Positions 10,882 to 25,650 are shown, counted from the first letter of the stretch. The stretch: DNA of 64,000 bases from Octopus sinensis (GCF_006345805.1 NC_043002.1:102982001-103046000); one strand, 5' to 3'. Numbers and translations are program-made. Notes: generated by a model from the letters alone, not told the origin.

Positions 10882-11683
10882 GTGAGTGGACTAAGTCCAT
10901 TATATGGTCAGCAGTGCAGCTGGTCCTAATTTTATCGAATGCAAACGTATAAAATGCGAAGTTGAGCACGCCGAAATTTCATCACAAAACCACGAGAGGG
11001 ACACGCTCTAATCTATTTTGGTCTGCATTCGAATCTCTTTCATTTAGAAGCGTGTATGAAATGTTTACGAGCAAATATGATATGTTCAGTACGAGGTTGA
11101 CATTGGAGCCGTGTTGAGTGAAAATCCCTATTTTTTGAAATTGTTGAAATCCTTATTTTTTGAAATTGTTGAAGTCCCTATTTGGCATCATTCATTTAAA
11201 TATTCATTTCTTTCTTTCTTTTCGTCCATTCAGTTGTTTGCTTAACGTTTCATATTCTTTGAATCTATTCTTTCGCTATTGCAAAGTCACTTACATACTA
11301 TGTCTGTCGGTATTCGTAGCCATGTTGATTAAAAAAGCATAGAGTGCATGCAAATAAATAACTGTTTCTCAACATAACTCCCTTTGTTGTCTACGAACTC
11401 ATATCAAGAGCAGGGTTTTTATCTCGTAAGAAAACCTAAGAGGGCTTCGATGATTATGAATATGGTCAAACTTTAGTGCGATACAAATGCTTTCGCATGA
11501 CTTGACCGCCAATGATTATGATAACGGGATTGATGATGATGATGATAATGATGATGATGATAGACATATGTACATATGCATGCTTATATATTTATATATA
11601 CATACAAACTTTCACATAATCAGATTTATGCTTGCATAAATCTGTATATGTCTATATGTATAAATGTATGTCTGCCTCTATGC

Positions 11684-11796
<113 letters not shown>

Positions 11797-12642
11797 ATGC
11801 ATGTATATGCATTTGTATGTATGCGTGTATGTTTATAGGTATATAATTATGTGCTTATTTGTGTGTGTGTTTGTGTTTGCGCGTGTGTATATGTATGTAT
11901 GTGTGTGTGTGTGTGTTTGTGTGTGTGTGTGCATAACGGAAATTGAAGAAGGCGAAGGAAAATGAAAAAGAAAAAAAGAAGTAAGATTAAAAGATATCCA
12001 CAATTTCGATAAATACTATTTATATATATTATATTCAATTATAAAAACAGTGTTACCAAGGCGACGACTTTTTACAGCAACCCGCAGAAAAGTCATAATT
12101 GATCAAGTCTGTTAACCTCACTCACCCCTGCATAGATGGTCCAAAGCTTTCGATATGCTGATACGTTGATAAATGTAATAATTAAGACATTTGGGAAAGG
12201 AAACGCTCGTATTAGACATGATGGAATATGTCAGATTTAATGATAGTTACGGTTCTACAGAGTCATATTGGTTTTACAACGAAGTCAGAAGTAATTTCTG
12301 CCAACGTCACCTTCTCTTCATTGTCTACGAGACTGATTAGTGTCTTCTTATATGAAATTGATATTCGCTGCTAGATGGCATCGCTCTGAAAACCATTATG
12401 GAAATATCATTCTCAATGTATATCTATGTGTGTGTGTGTTTGAATATCTGTTCATGCCTGTATAATGCACATACGTATTAATGTGTATATATATATATAT
12501 ATATAATATATATATATATATATGTATGTATGTATATATACATACTCACATACATACATAGAAACATACATATCTATATATATAAATGTGTGTGTGTGTG
12601 TTTGAATATGTGTTCGTGTGTGTATAATGCACATACGTATTA

Positions 12643-12677
<35 letters not shown>

Positions 12678-13099
12678 TGTGTGTGTGCGTGCGTGTCTGT
12701 GTGTGTGTGCGTGTGTGTGTGTGTGTCTAGTACATTTGACTAACGAATTCTGATGTGATAAGATTAAATTTCTTTTAATTACATTTATGCTTTCCATTTG
12801 TTATTGGTTCACTGGGATATTATATCAGGATTAGCAAATTATCTATATCTTAAACAAATATTATATTTATTAGGAGGCCACCTTTATGGACACGTACCGC
12901 ATAAAAATAAAAACCACCGCTACCACTCCCAGCTATTCAATAGACATGTACTGTTAATGTCAATAAACACCAACACAAGTTCAATTCCACTGAGTCGCAA
13001 GTGTCTGGCAATGATTGACATTTAGCGTTCGTAATGTATTATTTTATATTGTATTTCAATCACAAAATATACCTTGGCAACAAGGTTTTACGCATACAG

Positions 13100-13225
13100 A
13101 TTGCAAACTGAGCGGACATTCTAGCATTGTTCTAGTGATTGGTACATCTCTGTTGTTCTCTATGTCGTTGATAGCAAGATTTGCTTGGTGTGCTGTCACC
13201 AGATGTCTGCCACTGAAGAGGCAGA
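13100..13225 (+). CDS. Candidate symmetric exon (126 nt) with a hydrophobic segment
   Basis: tacag| acceptor and |gtaagc donor, phase 1-1. Reads DCKLSGHSSIVLVIGTSLLFSMSLIARFAWCAVTRCLPLKRQ, inside ORF 13015-13380. Confidence 0.22.
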
Positions 13226-14689
13226 GTAAGCGGAAATCACTCGATGTAGGTGTTCTGCTGTCTATTGCAGACGCTTCCTGTCTACGAGATGTGTCTCTTA
13301 CTTTATGCACAATGCGTTTATACGAGAAGACATATCAAGGCGAATACCGTAGTATTCAGCGTTCTTACAATACACTTTAATTGGGATATAAAGATATATA
13401 TATCTATAAATATATGTGTATGTAAACACTCTGATTGATCCCAAATCTGTGTAGCAGTGAATTTACTGATTCCGATTTTGCCTAATAATTAGGTGACATC
13501 AGAATGCGCAGACATTAACAGGTTTTTGGTTTCTTTGCCGTAGAGAAAGCTTTGGTTATTATGTTTTCATGACAATAGCGACATGTTAGGTTTTGTTTTG
13601 ATTTGCATGTTTTTTACCTGTTTGTTATGGCGTTACATTGTAACTTAACTATGGTTTGTGAAATTAATCTCTTATTTTTGTGCGAAAATTTTACACATTA
13701 AGTATAATCCTCGCGTATTTTCCAATCCAAAATGTTTTTTTTTGTATGTTGTGTAGTGTTTTGAGAAATTCCCTTGTAAATGAATTTTAAACTAAGACAA
13801 AGCCTTGTAATACTATCACCAATATAAAAGATGGTGTCCTAGAAGATTGTAACTTTCAGTTTACTGTCATATATATGACATTTGGAAATAGCTTCTCTGG
13901 TGAAAATTATTGTGATGTGATATTGATAAGGAGGTTTGTGATTTTCGTGGTTCTAGAGGATATCATTAATTTTTATTTATGATCGGGTGTGATTCCTTTC
14001 GTGTTCCGTTGAAAGAAAATATTCATTTTTGATTAATTTGTACTTCTTCATTTGACTTAGGTTTGGTTCTTTTTATTTGGTGTGTGATCTGCTATGCTTT
14101 TTACATGTAATTGCGACTGTACCCACCTATGAAGCGGTCAGCCAGTCAGTTGAAATATCCGTATCTTTTATTCAGTGGAGTTGTTCCTCTGCAGTCTTCT
14201 TAGCTCATTAGAATTTGAATATTCCACAAACGAGTGATTTTAACCACTGGTATCATACACTTTTCTTGGTTTTAATCATTTCTGCATTCACCGGTTCTAT
14301 GTGCATTTGCTTGGTTCATAGTTTTCATGTAGGCAGCTGTACACACCACATATAGTTGTTTATTGTTTTCATAATTTCCCTGGTATCGCTCGTGTCATTA
14401 TTTTGGTTATCTATATGCGTTCTCTGATGATATTTCCATTGTTTCGCTTCCTGGGCAGTCAGTGAACATATTTTCTACATTTTATGCAAGGATTACAGTT
14501 AACACAATGGTTTATTTTAAAACCTTTAAAAATTCTACAGGTGATATCATGATATAATTTTCTACTCTGTATTCCTTGAAAATGCTCTCTACTCGTTTGG
14601 CGAACTGTGTGCGTAAGAAAATATATATGGAATATCATATGTCTGAGGTGATTTTTACTGTGATGTATATATGTAGGTATATATATTTC

Positions 14690-14925
14690 TTTATTGCCCA
14701 CAAGGGGCTAAACATAGAGCGAAAAAAACAAGGACAGACAAAGGGATTAAGTCGATTACATCGACCCCGCACCCACCCAGTGCGAAACTGGTACTTTATT
14801 TATCGACCCCGAAAGGATGAAAGGTAAAGTCGACCTCGGCGGAATTTGAACTCAGAACGTAACGACAGACGAAATACCGCTAAGCATTTCGCCCAGCGCG
14901 CTAACGAGTCTGCCAGCACGCTGCC
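14690..14925 (-). mobile_element. SINE family C
   Basis: Aligns with 58920-59142 and 56884-57082. Confidence 0.88.
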
Positions 14926-15239
14926 TTGTATGTATACCTATATATACCTATATGTAGGTATATATTTTCCTCCAAAGCGTGGTTGTTGCATTTGTATTTC
15001 CGTTGCTATCATTAATTTCTTTAATTTTACTTTTGGCTGCTTGATATTACCTTCACGATCGTATTGTATTTGTTTCGGTATTTGAGTAAAATATTATTTT
15101 TGTATATCATAATCATCTCTATCCGTGATTACAAACAGGTTACTTTTACCAGGATTAATAATTATGTTGTCATCTTTTAACATGTGCAAAGCTTTTACAG
15201 AATTTTTCAAAAAAATTTTTTTTTTTGGATCCTATTTTT

Positions 15240-15720
15240 ATGTCATTCTCAATGATGAGGTCAAGTTGTTCGTCAATGTTTACGATGTTCTTGTCCTTCA
15301 GTAAGGTTTAGAGTTGACAATATTACGATTTCGAATTTTTCTGGTTCTGGTCCTATATTTAGTTTGAGTTGGAAATTGTTACCAAAAGGTTGAGGAGAGC
15401 AGCTGAATCAAATTTGGGTGCATGACTTAGTAAGTCGATCACTTCTTCCTCTTTTGCAGTTAGTATGATTTCTCCTTTGAACAGTTTATTAAGCTTCTTT
15501 ATGAAAGCTGTATCTATCAGATCTAGACTCAATACACCCTATTTCAGTTTGGGCTGCTTCTATATCAAAACAAAACTGATCAATACCGATTCCATAAATT
15601 TCATTTTCCATCCATAATTTACGGGTCAAAATTTCTAGATATCTTCAGTCGCTGTACGAATTTGAGGTGCAATCAATTCCTTCTGACGTTCAGTTGCATA
15701 TATCACTATATTGACTGTTA
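15240..15720 (-). mobile_element. Decayed retroelement coding fragment (unassigned)
   Basis: Frameshifted protein-like pieces on the minus strand (LDLIDTAFIKKLNKLFKGEIILTAKEEEVIDLLSHAPKF). No diagnostic motif. Confidence 0.3.
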
Positions 15721-15740
15721 TGATGTTTAATGTTATGTTC

Positions 15741-15773
<33 letters not shown>

Positions 15774-15779
15774 ATATAT

Positions 15780-15811
<32 letters not shown>

Positions 15812-15834
15812 CATATATATATACATATATACAT

Positions 15835-15885
<51 letters not shown>

Positions 15886-15913
15886 CATATATACATACAT
15901 ATATATATATATG

Positions 15914-15950
<37 letters not shown>

Positions 15951-16421
15951 TACATGGCTGTTTTCCAGTTCTATCTTTTGTATTTTTAACTGTTTTCTTA
16001 TTAGTTTGATACAGTAATCAAGGAGTAATGAAGATCTTAAATTCATTTTGGACCCTTACTTATTTAGAGTTACTGTTTCACTATTTATATCTCTTTAATT
16101 ATATCAGTGTAGCTCTCTATCTATGCTTCTCTCTCTTCCTCTCTGTACACACAAACACACACACATATATATATATGTGTACGTATGTATATATATATAT
16201 TTATATATATATATATGTAATACACACATACACAGGTACATATGAACGTAATACGCGTACATGACCACTTAGGACTTACACATATAGTAGAGATAATGCA
16301 CCCACACAGCGATTATCAGCGAACAAATCATATGCATAAACGTACATATCTGTGCTTACGCAAATCCATATCTGTGATAGATACAAACATATATACACAC
16401 ATATGTATGTATCTAAAAATC

Positions 16422-16470
<49 letters not shown>

Positions 16471-16602
16471 ATAAATATTGATGAATATGTATCTCTCATT
16501 CTCTTTCTATCTTCCTATAGAAGAGCGTGTGTGTCTGTGTGTTTTTGGTGCGTGTGTGTTGATATGCATGAATATACATACGCACTAGACGTATATACGT
16601 GC

Positions 16603-16645
<43 letters not shown>

Positions 16646-17343
16646 CCCTCTCTCTCCCTCTCTCCGCTTACTTATCTGCATTTCCGTTTCTTAGAGATCA
16701 ATAGATATTCACTGAAAACCTATGCATTCTCAGTTCAGACAAGTTATAATCAACTTGACCTCAGAAAAATCTATTAGATTAGTTCCAGAAATTGGTCACA
16801 TTGATCAATGAGTGAAGTGATGCTTTTTCACCTCATCATTTCCTTAAGGAGACACTACGAACCATTGTTTACATTTACTAACAGAACTATATTCACCCTT
16901 TTCCTTATACACACATACACATGCGCAAACACACACACTCACATTCACACGTACACACACAGTTGTTCAATCACACAAAGAAACACTCAGTCTCAGAACA
17001 CAATCACAGGCACAAACACATATAGTCTCTTTATAGCTCTCTCTCTCTCTCTCTCTCTCTTACTCTCCCTCTCTCTCATTTCCGTTGTTTCTTTCCCTTT
17101 TGTATTCTCTCTATGTGCGTCTTTCCCTCTTACTGTGTGGCTATGGTCATGTCTCTGTCACTCCCACGCACATAGCTTCGTTTTCGTGTTCGTGGTCACA
17201 ACTCTCATACATACGAGTGTATACACAGATATTTGAATATATACGTATATGTGCACGCATGATACATCACGCATCTACACCCCTGCATCTAACAATCTAT
17301 CATAAACACACACATACAAATATATTCATAATTTATATGAAAA

Positions 17344-17386
<43 letters not shown>

Positions 17387-17400
17387 GTATGTACACATAT

Positions 17401-17709
17401 CACCGTGATCATTGTGACCGACCAGGCTATCAGATGTTGCTACACATCGCTGGTCACAATGCGCTTCGCATTGTTCTAGCCTTCAAATGACGCTACCACG
17501 CTGGTTAAGCTAGCAGGCCAACAGAAGAATAAGTGAGAGAAAGTTGTGGCGAAAGAGTACAGCAGGGATCAGCACCACCCCCTGCCGGAGCCTCGTGGAG
17601 CTATGGGTGTTTTCGCTCAATAAACACTCACCATGCCCGGTCTGGGAATCGAAACCACGATCCTACAAACGCGAGTCGGCTGCGCTAACCACTGGGCCAT
17701 TGCGACTCC
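17401..17709 (-). mobile_element. SINE family A head and body with an alternative 3' tail
   Basis: The first ~190 nt match 24158/30009/39308, then diverge into a different tail (CATTGTGACCAGCGATGTGTAGCAACATCTGATAGCC). Confidence 0.85.
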
Positions 17710-17810
17710 AAAATAACTATATATATATACACATACACGTATGTATACATATATATATATATATATTATATATATATATATACATATATATTTATACCCA
17801 TATATATATA

Positions 17811-17856
<46 letters not shown>

Positions 17857-19025
17857 GTGTGTGAATGCGTATAAAATAATATATATATATATATATATTA
17901 TTATTTTATACCATACACATACACACACACACACACAAAAACACACGCATATATGCATTCCTTCTATAGTCTTTGCCTGCCCCAGCTTTGTGGCTTTTGT
18001 GTTCGTTTATTTATATATATCGTATTGATAACCATTAATCAAGTATAATTGTATTATATATCATCATATACATGTATGTACGTTTGTTTATATGCATGTG
18101 TGTTTGTGAGTGTGTGTGTGTTTATATATGTATATTAAGATAAATTACACCCTCCCAACATATATGAAATATAACTACATTGCATTGCCGAATGATAATG
18201 TAGGTGCCCCAGTTACAATCAATCTATATCAGAGGGGTGGGGTGCTTCTGTACCTGTGTGCGTATGTGCTCGTCTGTGTGTGTTCGTGTTTATACTAAAT
18301 TCCACACAAACTTATATGAAATCTATCGAATCCCATTGTCTTTTTCGATAATACAGATATTCAACAGAAATATTTGATGGATATGCTAGTCATTCTTCCT
18401 GCAATGTTTAGCAGACAATATATTACAGAAATAAATGCCGGTCTTGTATCTACACGACGTTGAGCCAGGCAGCGAGCCAGTCAGCCACACAAACCGTCAG
18501 ACAGTCAGACATATTTAACCTTCTTTCTACACAGACAATATCAGGCGAGCAGGCGAGCAGGCAGGCAGGCAGGCAGTGAAACATAACCAACCGGCCAGTC
18601 GGCCAACAGGCAGGCAGTACAACACATTTTCTGAAAATCAGGTCAGATACGATGGGAAAAGAATGATAATGGTGTTTATCCATCGATCTCGAAAAAAGGC
18701 GCAGGATTGCCAATATTGAAAGACAAATAGAAAGAGAGGGAAATTTAGAGTTGAGAGTAAGGGAGAGAATGAAGAACTGAAAGCTATGTAGTGAGAGCAA
18801 TAAATAAATAAATGAATATATAAATAACTACATAAAGAAAGAAAGGAATAAATAAATAAAAGTATGCAAGACGAGGAGTAAAAGAAATCAATGGCGATCA
18901 AAGTTCTAAAAAGAGAGACTATTTATTATCCAATGATTCACTTGCGACGGCTATTTCTCTCTATTTCCCTTTTCCGCCATTTATAATTCGAGATTGTTCT
19001 GGCTCTTGTAGTTGTCTGAAAAATG

Positions 19026-19170
19026 GAAGAAGAAGAAGAAGAAGAAGAAGAAGAAGAAGAAGAAGAAGAAGAAGAAGAAGAAGAAGAAGAAGAAGAAGAA
19101 GAAGAAGGAGAAGAAGAAGAAGAAGAAGGAGAAGAAGAAGAAGAAGAAGAAGAAGAAGAAAAGAAGAAAA
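19026..19170 (+). repeat. (GAA)n microsatellite
   Basis: Direct reading. Confidence 0.98.
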
Positions 19171-19318
19171 GAAGAAAATATGTTAAAATATGTGAAAATG
19201 TATTTGATCGACTATACACACACACATACAGATATAGACACACACCACACACACACACATTCTCGCATACACATACACACATGCATGCATACAGGCAGGC
19301 AAAGAGACAGATAGACAA

Positions 19319-19371
<53 letters not shown>

Positions 19372-20262
19372 AAGACAGACAGATAGACAGACATATACAC
19401 ACAATTATTTGAGTGTGATAGTGTGTGCATATGAATATAATCTAAATACATTGTATATATGTATGTGTGAGTATATATACTGACATATACACATATGTAT
19501 ATATATATATATGATATATACATTATACAATATATATATTATATATATATATATCGTATATTATGTATATATATATATATATATATATTTATATACTCAT
19601 GCACACAACACGTATATATATAATATATATATATATATTATAATATATATATTATATATATAGTATGTATGTATATATGTATATATTGTATAGTTTGTAT
19701 ACATACACACACACAAACTCACACAAACACACATACAAATACACACACAAAAATATATGGACAGGATATATAATACTGAAATGCTCAGAAGAGTGAAGGA
19801 AATGATGAGAAAGATAAAGAAATTAGAGAAAAGTGTTTGATTGAAAAAAGGGCGTCGAAAAGTGAAGAAGAACAATATGATTGTGATAATGAAGAGAGCG
19901 AAATGAAGAACTGTTCAGGCAACGGTGGAAAATTATATATAAAAGCCAAAATGTAATGCCAGGTAAAAAAAAAGAAAGAAAAAAACGACATTTTGGTTCT
20001 GAGACTAAAAGAAAGAATTACTTTAAACAAACTAAATAAGATAAACTAAGCGTATGTAATAGTAATTTTATGTAGAAAGAGAAAGTAGTGCGTCGTCGTT
20101 CTTGAAAGATATTATGGTGAGAGGGTGAAGGGAATTGAATAAGGTTCAAGTGAAACGGAGGAAAATGAAAATAAAGATAAATATCCTAAATAGGAATAAA
20201 TCGAGAGAAAAATAGAAACATATAGATATAAGTGTATATATATATATATATATATAATATAT

Positions 20263-20500
20263 ACTCTTTTTACTCTTTTACTTGTTTCAATAATTTGACT
20301 GCGGCCATGCTGGAGCACCGCCTTTAGTCGAGCAAATCGACCCCGGGACTTATTCTTTGTAAGCCCAGTACTTATTTTATCGGTCTCTTTTGCCGAAGCG
20401 CTAAGTGACGTGGACGTAAACACACCAGCATCGGTTGTCAAGCAATGCTAGGGGGACAAACACAGACACACAAACACATACACACACATACATACATATA

Positions 20501-20542
<42 letters not shown>

Positions 20543-20702
20543 TATATACGACAGGCTTCTTTCAGTTCCGTCTACCAAATCCACTCACAAGGCATTGGTC
20601 GGCCCGAGGCTATAGCAGAAGACACTTGCTCAAGGTGCCACGCAGTGGGACTGAACCTGGAACCATGTGGTTGGTTAGCAAGCTACTTACCACACAGCCA
20701 TA
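20263..20702 (-). mobile_element. SINE family B
   Basis: Reverse-complement match to 59316-59735, with an internal (TA)/(CA) tract. Confidence 0.9.
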
Positions 20703-20829
20703 CCTATATATATATAGAGATAGATAGATCGATACATAGATAGATAGGATGATAGATAAATAGATGGATAGATAGATAGGTAGATACATATATACATACA
20801 AATAGACAGATATATAGAAAGATCGATAG

Positions 20830-20860
<31 letters not shown>

Positions 20861-20884
20861 GATAGATAAATAGGTAGATATATG

Positions 20885-20941
<57 letters not shown>

Positions 20942-22942
20942 ATAGATACATAGATATAGGCATAGGTTGATAGATAGACGTTTAAATATAAAAACAATGA
21001 TAATAGAATATAAGCGATGGAATAGAAACTTGCATGTGTGCGTGTGTCTGCGTGTGCGTGCGTGTGTGTATGTGTGGAAAGAGAGACATAGAGAGAGATG
21101 CGCACGCAGTTACATCGATACAAATATACTCGCTTTGATGGATTTCACATAGGTTCTCGTACTAACACAATAACGTAATCCGAAATATTACAATTAAATC
21201 AAATCTGGTTGCATTGACTTCTTGCAACGTAAACACATTCTATGATTTCTGTATTTTATAAGAATTTGCAAACTCATACATTCACTTGTAGACATTTGAT
21301 TTGTCATGGACGGCACAAATATATATATTCAAGTTCCAAGAGTTTCCTGCATATCATTTTGCAAGAACCATACATGTAACCCTCAGCATTTTAGTTTTAC
21401 TTATTCCATCGCTTGACTTTTAAACAGAGGACATCATCGATAAATATTCCATTAGAGAATAACAGACATCATTAGCTGCCGTTTCAAAAAAACTTCCATG
21501 GATACATGGATCATGAATAGAGTGTTTATGAAATGGTCCTAAGCTTAAGTAGGCCTTACATAGCCGAGACATTAAGTCACGAATGACAGATTCATACTGC
21601 GATGAAGTTAAATTTTTCTGACTTTCGTACATAATCAAATGAAATTAATGGTGATGGTGATACTCTTGATTGCCATAGTCGATAGTGATGTTTCAACTAA
21701 CTTGGGATGGAAAAAATGTGCACCGATTTTTCACGATTTCTGTATTTAGTTGACAACAACAATGCGGGATTCTGATATTCAACTGAATTTTATTTTTCAT
21801 TTTGTCCTGTTTTTTGACTCTCAAAGGGAATTGAAATATTATTTTGACAGCTTTTGAGTTCTAGAGTAAAAATAATTATAAACATTATATTTGAGTTAAG
21901 AAAATATATATTTTTGGTTTTTGCTCGTTTAGCACACGCAGTCAGGCAACATTTTCACTCGGATTAAACGTTTGAAACGTGTGTTTCCGTATAACGCTAA
22001 TATTTTTACTGTTTCTTCGACCATGCTGTTATATATACTAACATAGTAAGTCGAATCAGAGATGAGTTTTAGCTTGAGAACATGACAACTAAATTAAGAC
22101 CAAGATAGCCCTCAGCAAAGGAGAGCAGCCTTACTATATCAGTTGTTCAAGGAAGTTGAAAACTTCGAATGCCTGGGCACCTTTCCACACAAATGTGCCT
22201 AATGTAGCAGGAAAACCCGAGCAAGTTTTCGAGGCAGGATGACAACCCTAAGGATATTGAGAACAATGTACCCCAGCAAAAATATCAAGCTTAAACTTCT
22301 TTCTAAAAGATTTGGTTTGGCTAAGAGCGTTCTGATGGTGTGCAACAACGGAGTTCACATTGCAGAATCGATAAGTTTGTGAATAATGTTTTACACTCAA
22401 GTGTTGCAGACGAGTTGGAACTCGGGTAGCATGATTGGGAAATAGATTAAGTGCAACAAGAAAAAAATCCATTGATGATGGTAAAAGGAGCAAAAACTGC
22501 TATATTTCGATCAGCTTACACGCTTCCTAAACACCTGAGCCGGTTTCTTCTGTTTCGGACTATTACAAGACGGGGGAAAAAAACGAGCAAGTATCACAGC
22601 AGCAGCACAGAACTGCAGTGCAGTGGGATGAGGACTGGTTGCTATATCTGAGACTTCGAAACCTCTAAAATAAGAATGGACATGTGTATGAGTTTGCGCA
22701 AATCTATGTGTGTCTTATAAGTGAACATGTCTGTGGATTTGTGGGGAGAGGGATAAAGAGAATGAATAAATTAGGAAAGGAATATAGGTAGCAAAGATGG
22801 CAACTGAAAGAAGTAAATACAAAATGATGATTGATGTGTGAGTGAAACGGAATGAATAGAGAAAAGAAAGAATGAAAGAGAGTACAGCATGAAAACCAAA
22901 CATCCGAATCGAAGTAATCATTTTCGCAAGATAAAAAATTAA

Positions 22943-22944
<2 letters not shown>

Positions 22945-23014
<70 letters not shown>

Positions 23015-23154
23015 CATTATTATTATTATTGCTGTTATTCTTCTTCTTATTATTATTATTGTTATTAATATTATTATTAATATTGTTGATATTATTATTA
23101 TTATTGTTGTTGATACTGTTGTTGTTATCATTATAATTGTAGTTGTGATTGTTG
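22945..23154 (-). repeat. (TAA)n array on the minus strand, decaying
   Basis: Direct reading; abuts the 3' end of a minus-strand Dong copy. Confidence 0.95.
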
Positions 23155-23900
23155 TATGTTCTACATTCCATTGTATTTGTAAAAGTTGATGCCAAGTTTC
23201 ACCCAGAGACATGAAGACACATCAAATTAGCATTTCAAGTTGGTATTATGCCTAGGGTGTCATATATTTGGTTTTGCACAAAGTATTGTTCTAGAGAATG
23301 TTTCAGAAAACATAAGAAAATTATAAGTTTGTTTTAAACTTTATGTTTAAGAAAACATAAGAAAATTATAAGTTTGTATTAAACTTTCAGAGTACATTGA
23401 CTGTATTTTACGTAGGATATGGGCAGTTCCCATGAGCACTATCTTTTGAATTTCTGTACTTTTCGGGTTTCCTGGTATCTGAGCTAGTTAGCAATCAGCT
23501 CCTTTTGCTAACATTCCGAAGGAACCTACGAGAAATGGTATTATTTTAGTCTAGAAGTTCCACATTTTGTCAATTTCTATTCCAAAATCTTTATACTTGC
23601 TCAGTTTTTGATAGGTCTTGACAGATACACTTATGTCGATTGGGACAGTCATATCAATGAGGAGGAACAAATTTTGTCTGGAGTCATTCAATATGATGTC
23701 AGGCCTATTCGCGACTATCTTCCTGTCCGTTTGGACTGTGAAGTTCTATGTGAACTTTTCAAGCACTGGAGGTGGTTTGTGTTCCCGCCAGTTTTATCAT
23801 GGGACATTCCAGGTTTTTGAAAATTACGCAGTGAATATATATTGTATAGCTCTACCATTCTAGTTGAGATACCCTGCAGGCGCAAGAAGACTGTACAAAC
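23155..23900 (-). mobile_element. Decayed Dong fragment, same subfamily as 5148-6879
   Basis: The reverse complement aligns with ~6130-6879 (RLE and 3' UTR). Internal ~44-bp duplication at ~23305-23390. Confidence 0.85.
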
Positions 23901-23912
23901 AGTAGGTTCAAG

Positions 23913-24068
23913 AATAATAATAATATAATAATAATAATAATATAATAATAATATAATAATAATAATAATAATAATTATTATTATATTATTATTATTATTA
24001 TTATCATTATTATTATTATTATTATTATTATATTATTATTATTAGTATTATTATTATTAGTAGTAGTA

Positions 24069-24111
<43 letters not shown>
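23913..24111. repeat. (TAA)n followed by (TTA)n then (TAG)n; inverted microsatellite junction
   Basis: The strand of the triplet switches at ~23974. Confidence 0.95.
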
Positions 24112-24112
<1 letters not shown>

Positions 24113-25165
24113 TTTCCTTTGCACAGCTTCTATCACTGGAGATGTACTACAGTGTCAGGAGGCGCAATGGCCCAGTGGTTTGGGCAGCGGACTCGCGGTC
24201 ATAGGATCGCGGTTTCGATTCCCAGACCGGGCGTTGTCAGTGTTTATTGAGCGAAAACACCTAAAGCTCCACGAGGATCCGGCAGGGGATGGTGGTGAAC
24301 CCTGCGTATTCTTTAACCCCAACTTTCTCCCACTCTTACTTCCTGTTTCTGTTGTACCTGTATTTCAAAGGACCGGCCTTGTCACTCTGTGTGTCACGCT
24401 GAATATACCCGAGAACTACGTTAAGGGTACACGTGTCTGTGGAGTGCTCAGCCACTTACACGTTAATTTCACGAGCAGGCTGTTCCGTTGATTCGGATCA
24501 ACCGGAACCCTCATCGTCGTAACTGACGGATTGCTTCCACTACAGTGTCAGCTGTTCACTATCAGTGAACTATGTTACCACCTCTTATTTTTTAGCACCT
24601 TCCGGTGTATTCGGGCAGTTTTAAGCAGTGTTGTCTTTTGCAAGTGCTCCACTATTACTGCAGCACTTATCTGGTCCATGTACTTTTCAAGAGTTTGGCT
24701 CACTGTTCCCACGGTTCCGCCATTTATTGTTACTACTACCACCTATTGCATCAACCACAACTGCTTAACTTCCCAAGCCAACCTGTCACATCTATCGAAA
24801 TTTCTTTCTTCTTCATCGCATACAGCGTTGTCAGCTGGGCATGCTATGTCTATGGTCCAGCATAGTTTGTTTTTTCTTTCTCAATTAAGATAGCTTCGAT
24901 CTTATTCCGTCTGATTTATTTCGACTTAAGAATGAGTCTCACTCTGCGCAAGTAACCCCACCTTAAATTTCTCTGTCATTTCTTTCTCCATTCATTTGTC
25001 TATTTTCAAACTCTTCAAGTGTTTATAGCCCGTCTCTTCTATCTGCTTCATAACCTCCCCCAACGCTATCGTTAACCCGTCCATACGTTTGATTTTGCCT
25101 CTCTTCACTACTAACACAACACACTTTCTCATCCGAACTCCATTCTGATATCAGCACTGAAGATA
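24112..25165 (-). mobile_element. Internally deleted Dong fragment (RT end fused to RLE), interrupted by a SINE
   Basis: Minus-strand translation ..RNKIEAI|LIEKEKNKLCWTIDIACPAD..EHLQKTTLLKTARI. The 3' UTR matches 36125-36189. Confidence 0.82.
24158..24540 (+). mobile_element. SINE family A, full length, with 13-bp TSD
   Basis: A-box TGGCCCAGTGG and B-box GGTTTCGATTCC. TSD ACTACAGTGTCAG at 24146-24158 and 24539-24551. Confidence 0.92.
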
Positions 25166-25185
25166 TATTATTATATTTTTAAAAA

Positions 25186-25252
<67 letters not shown>

Positions 25253-25650
25253 GCTTTTGAACATCTTCTAACGCTGGGGATGTATTACTATATAACTATC
25301 AGTGAACTAAGGTAACACTTCCTATTTTTCGAGCACCTTCCGGAGTATTCGAGCAGTTCCAAGCAGTGATGTTTTGCCTTAAGTTCTCCACCATTATTGC
25401 AACCCCTATTTGTCCCACGTACTTCTTGAGATTTTTGTGCCGACAATTATTGGTACTACTGCTAACTTTTTCATCGACCACAACTGCTGCACAGAGTGGC
25501 GCCTCAGTTTCTGGTTTTAAGTCACTTTTCGTCTTTCTAATATTGAACATCCCTATAAAATTGTCCATGCTTTCTTTTCTGTATCCAACTATTTTCGGTT
25601 TCATTCATCCTCAGGTACATTTACAGTGCTTTATCTTTGCAATCTTCTAA
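25253..25650 (-). mobile_element. Dong RLE C-terminal fragment + 3' UTR
   Basis: HKNLKKYVGQIGVAIMVENL..; the UTR resembles the one at 24112. TTA arrays on both sides. Confidence 0.8.

Noticed and set aside
23608-23863. Plus-strand ORFs that look protein-like (MIGLDRYTYVDWDSH..)
   Set aside because: They are the antisense of a Dong RLE-coding fragment. The same applies to 24531-24893 and 38115-38692.
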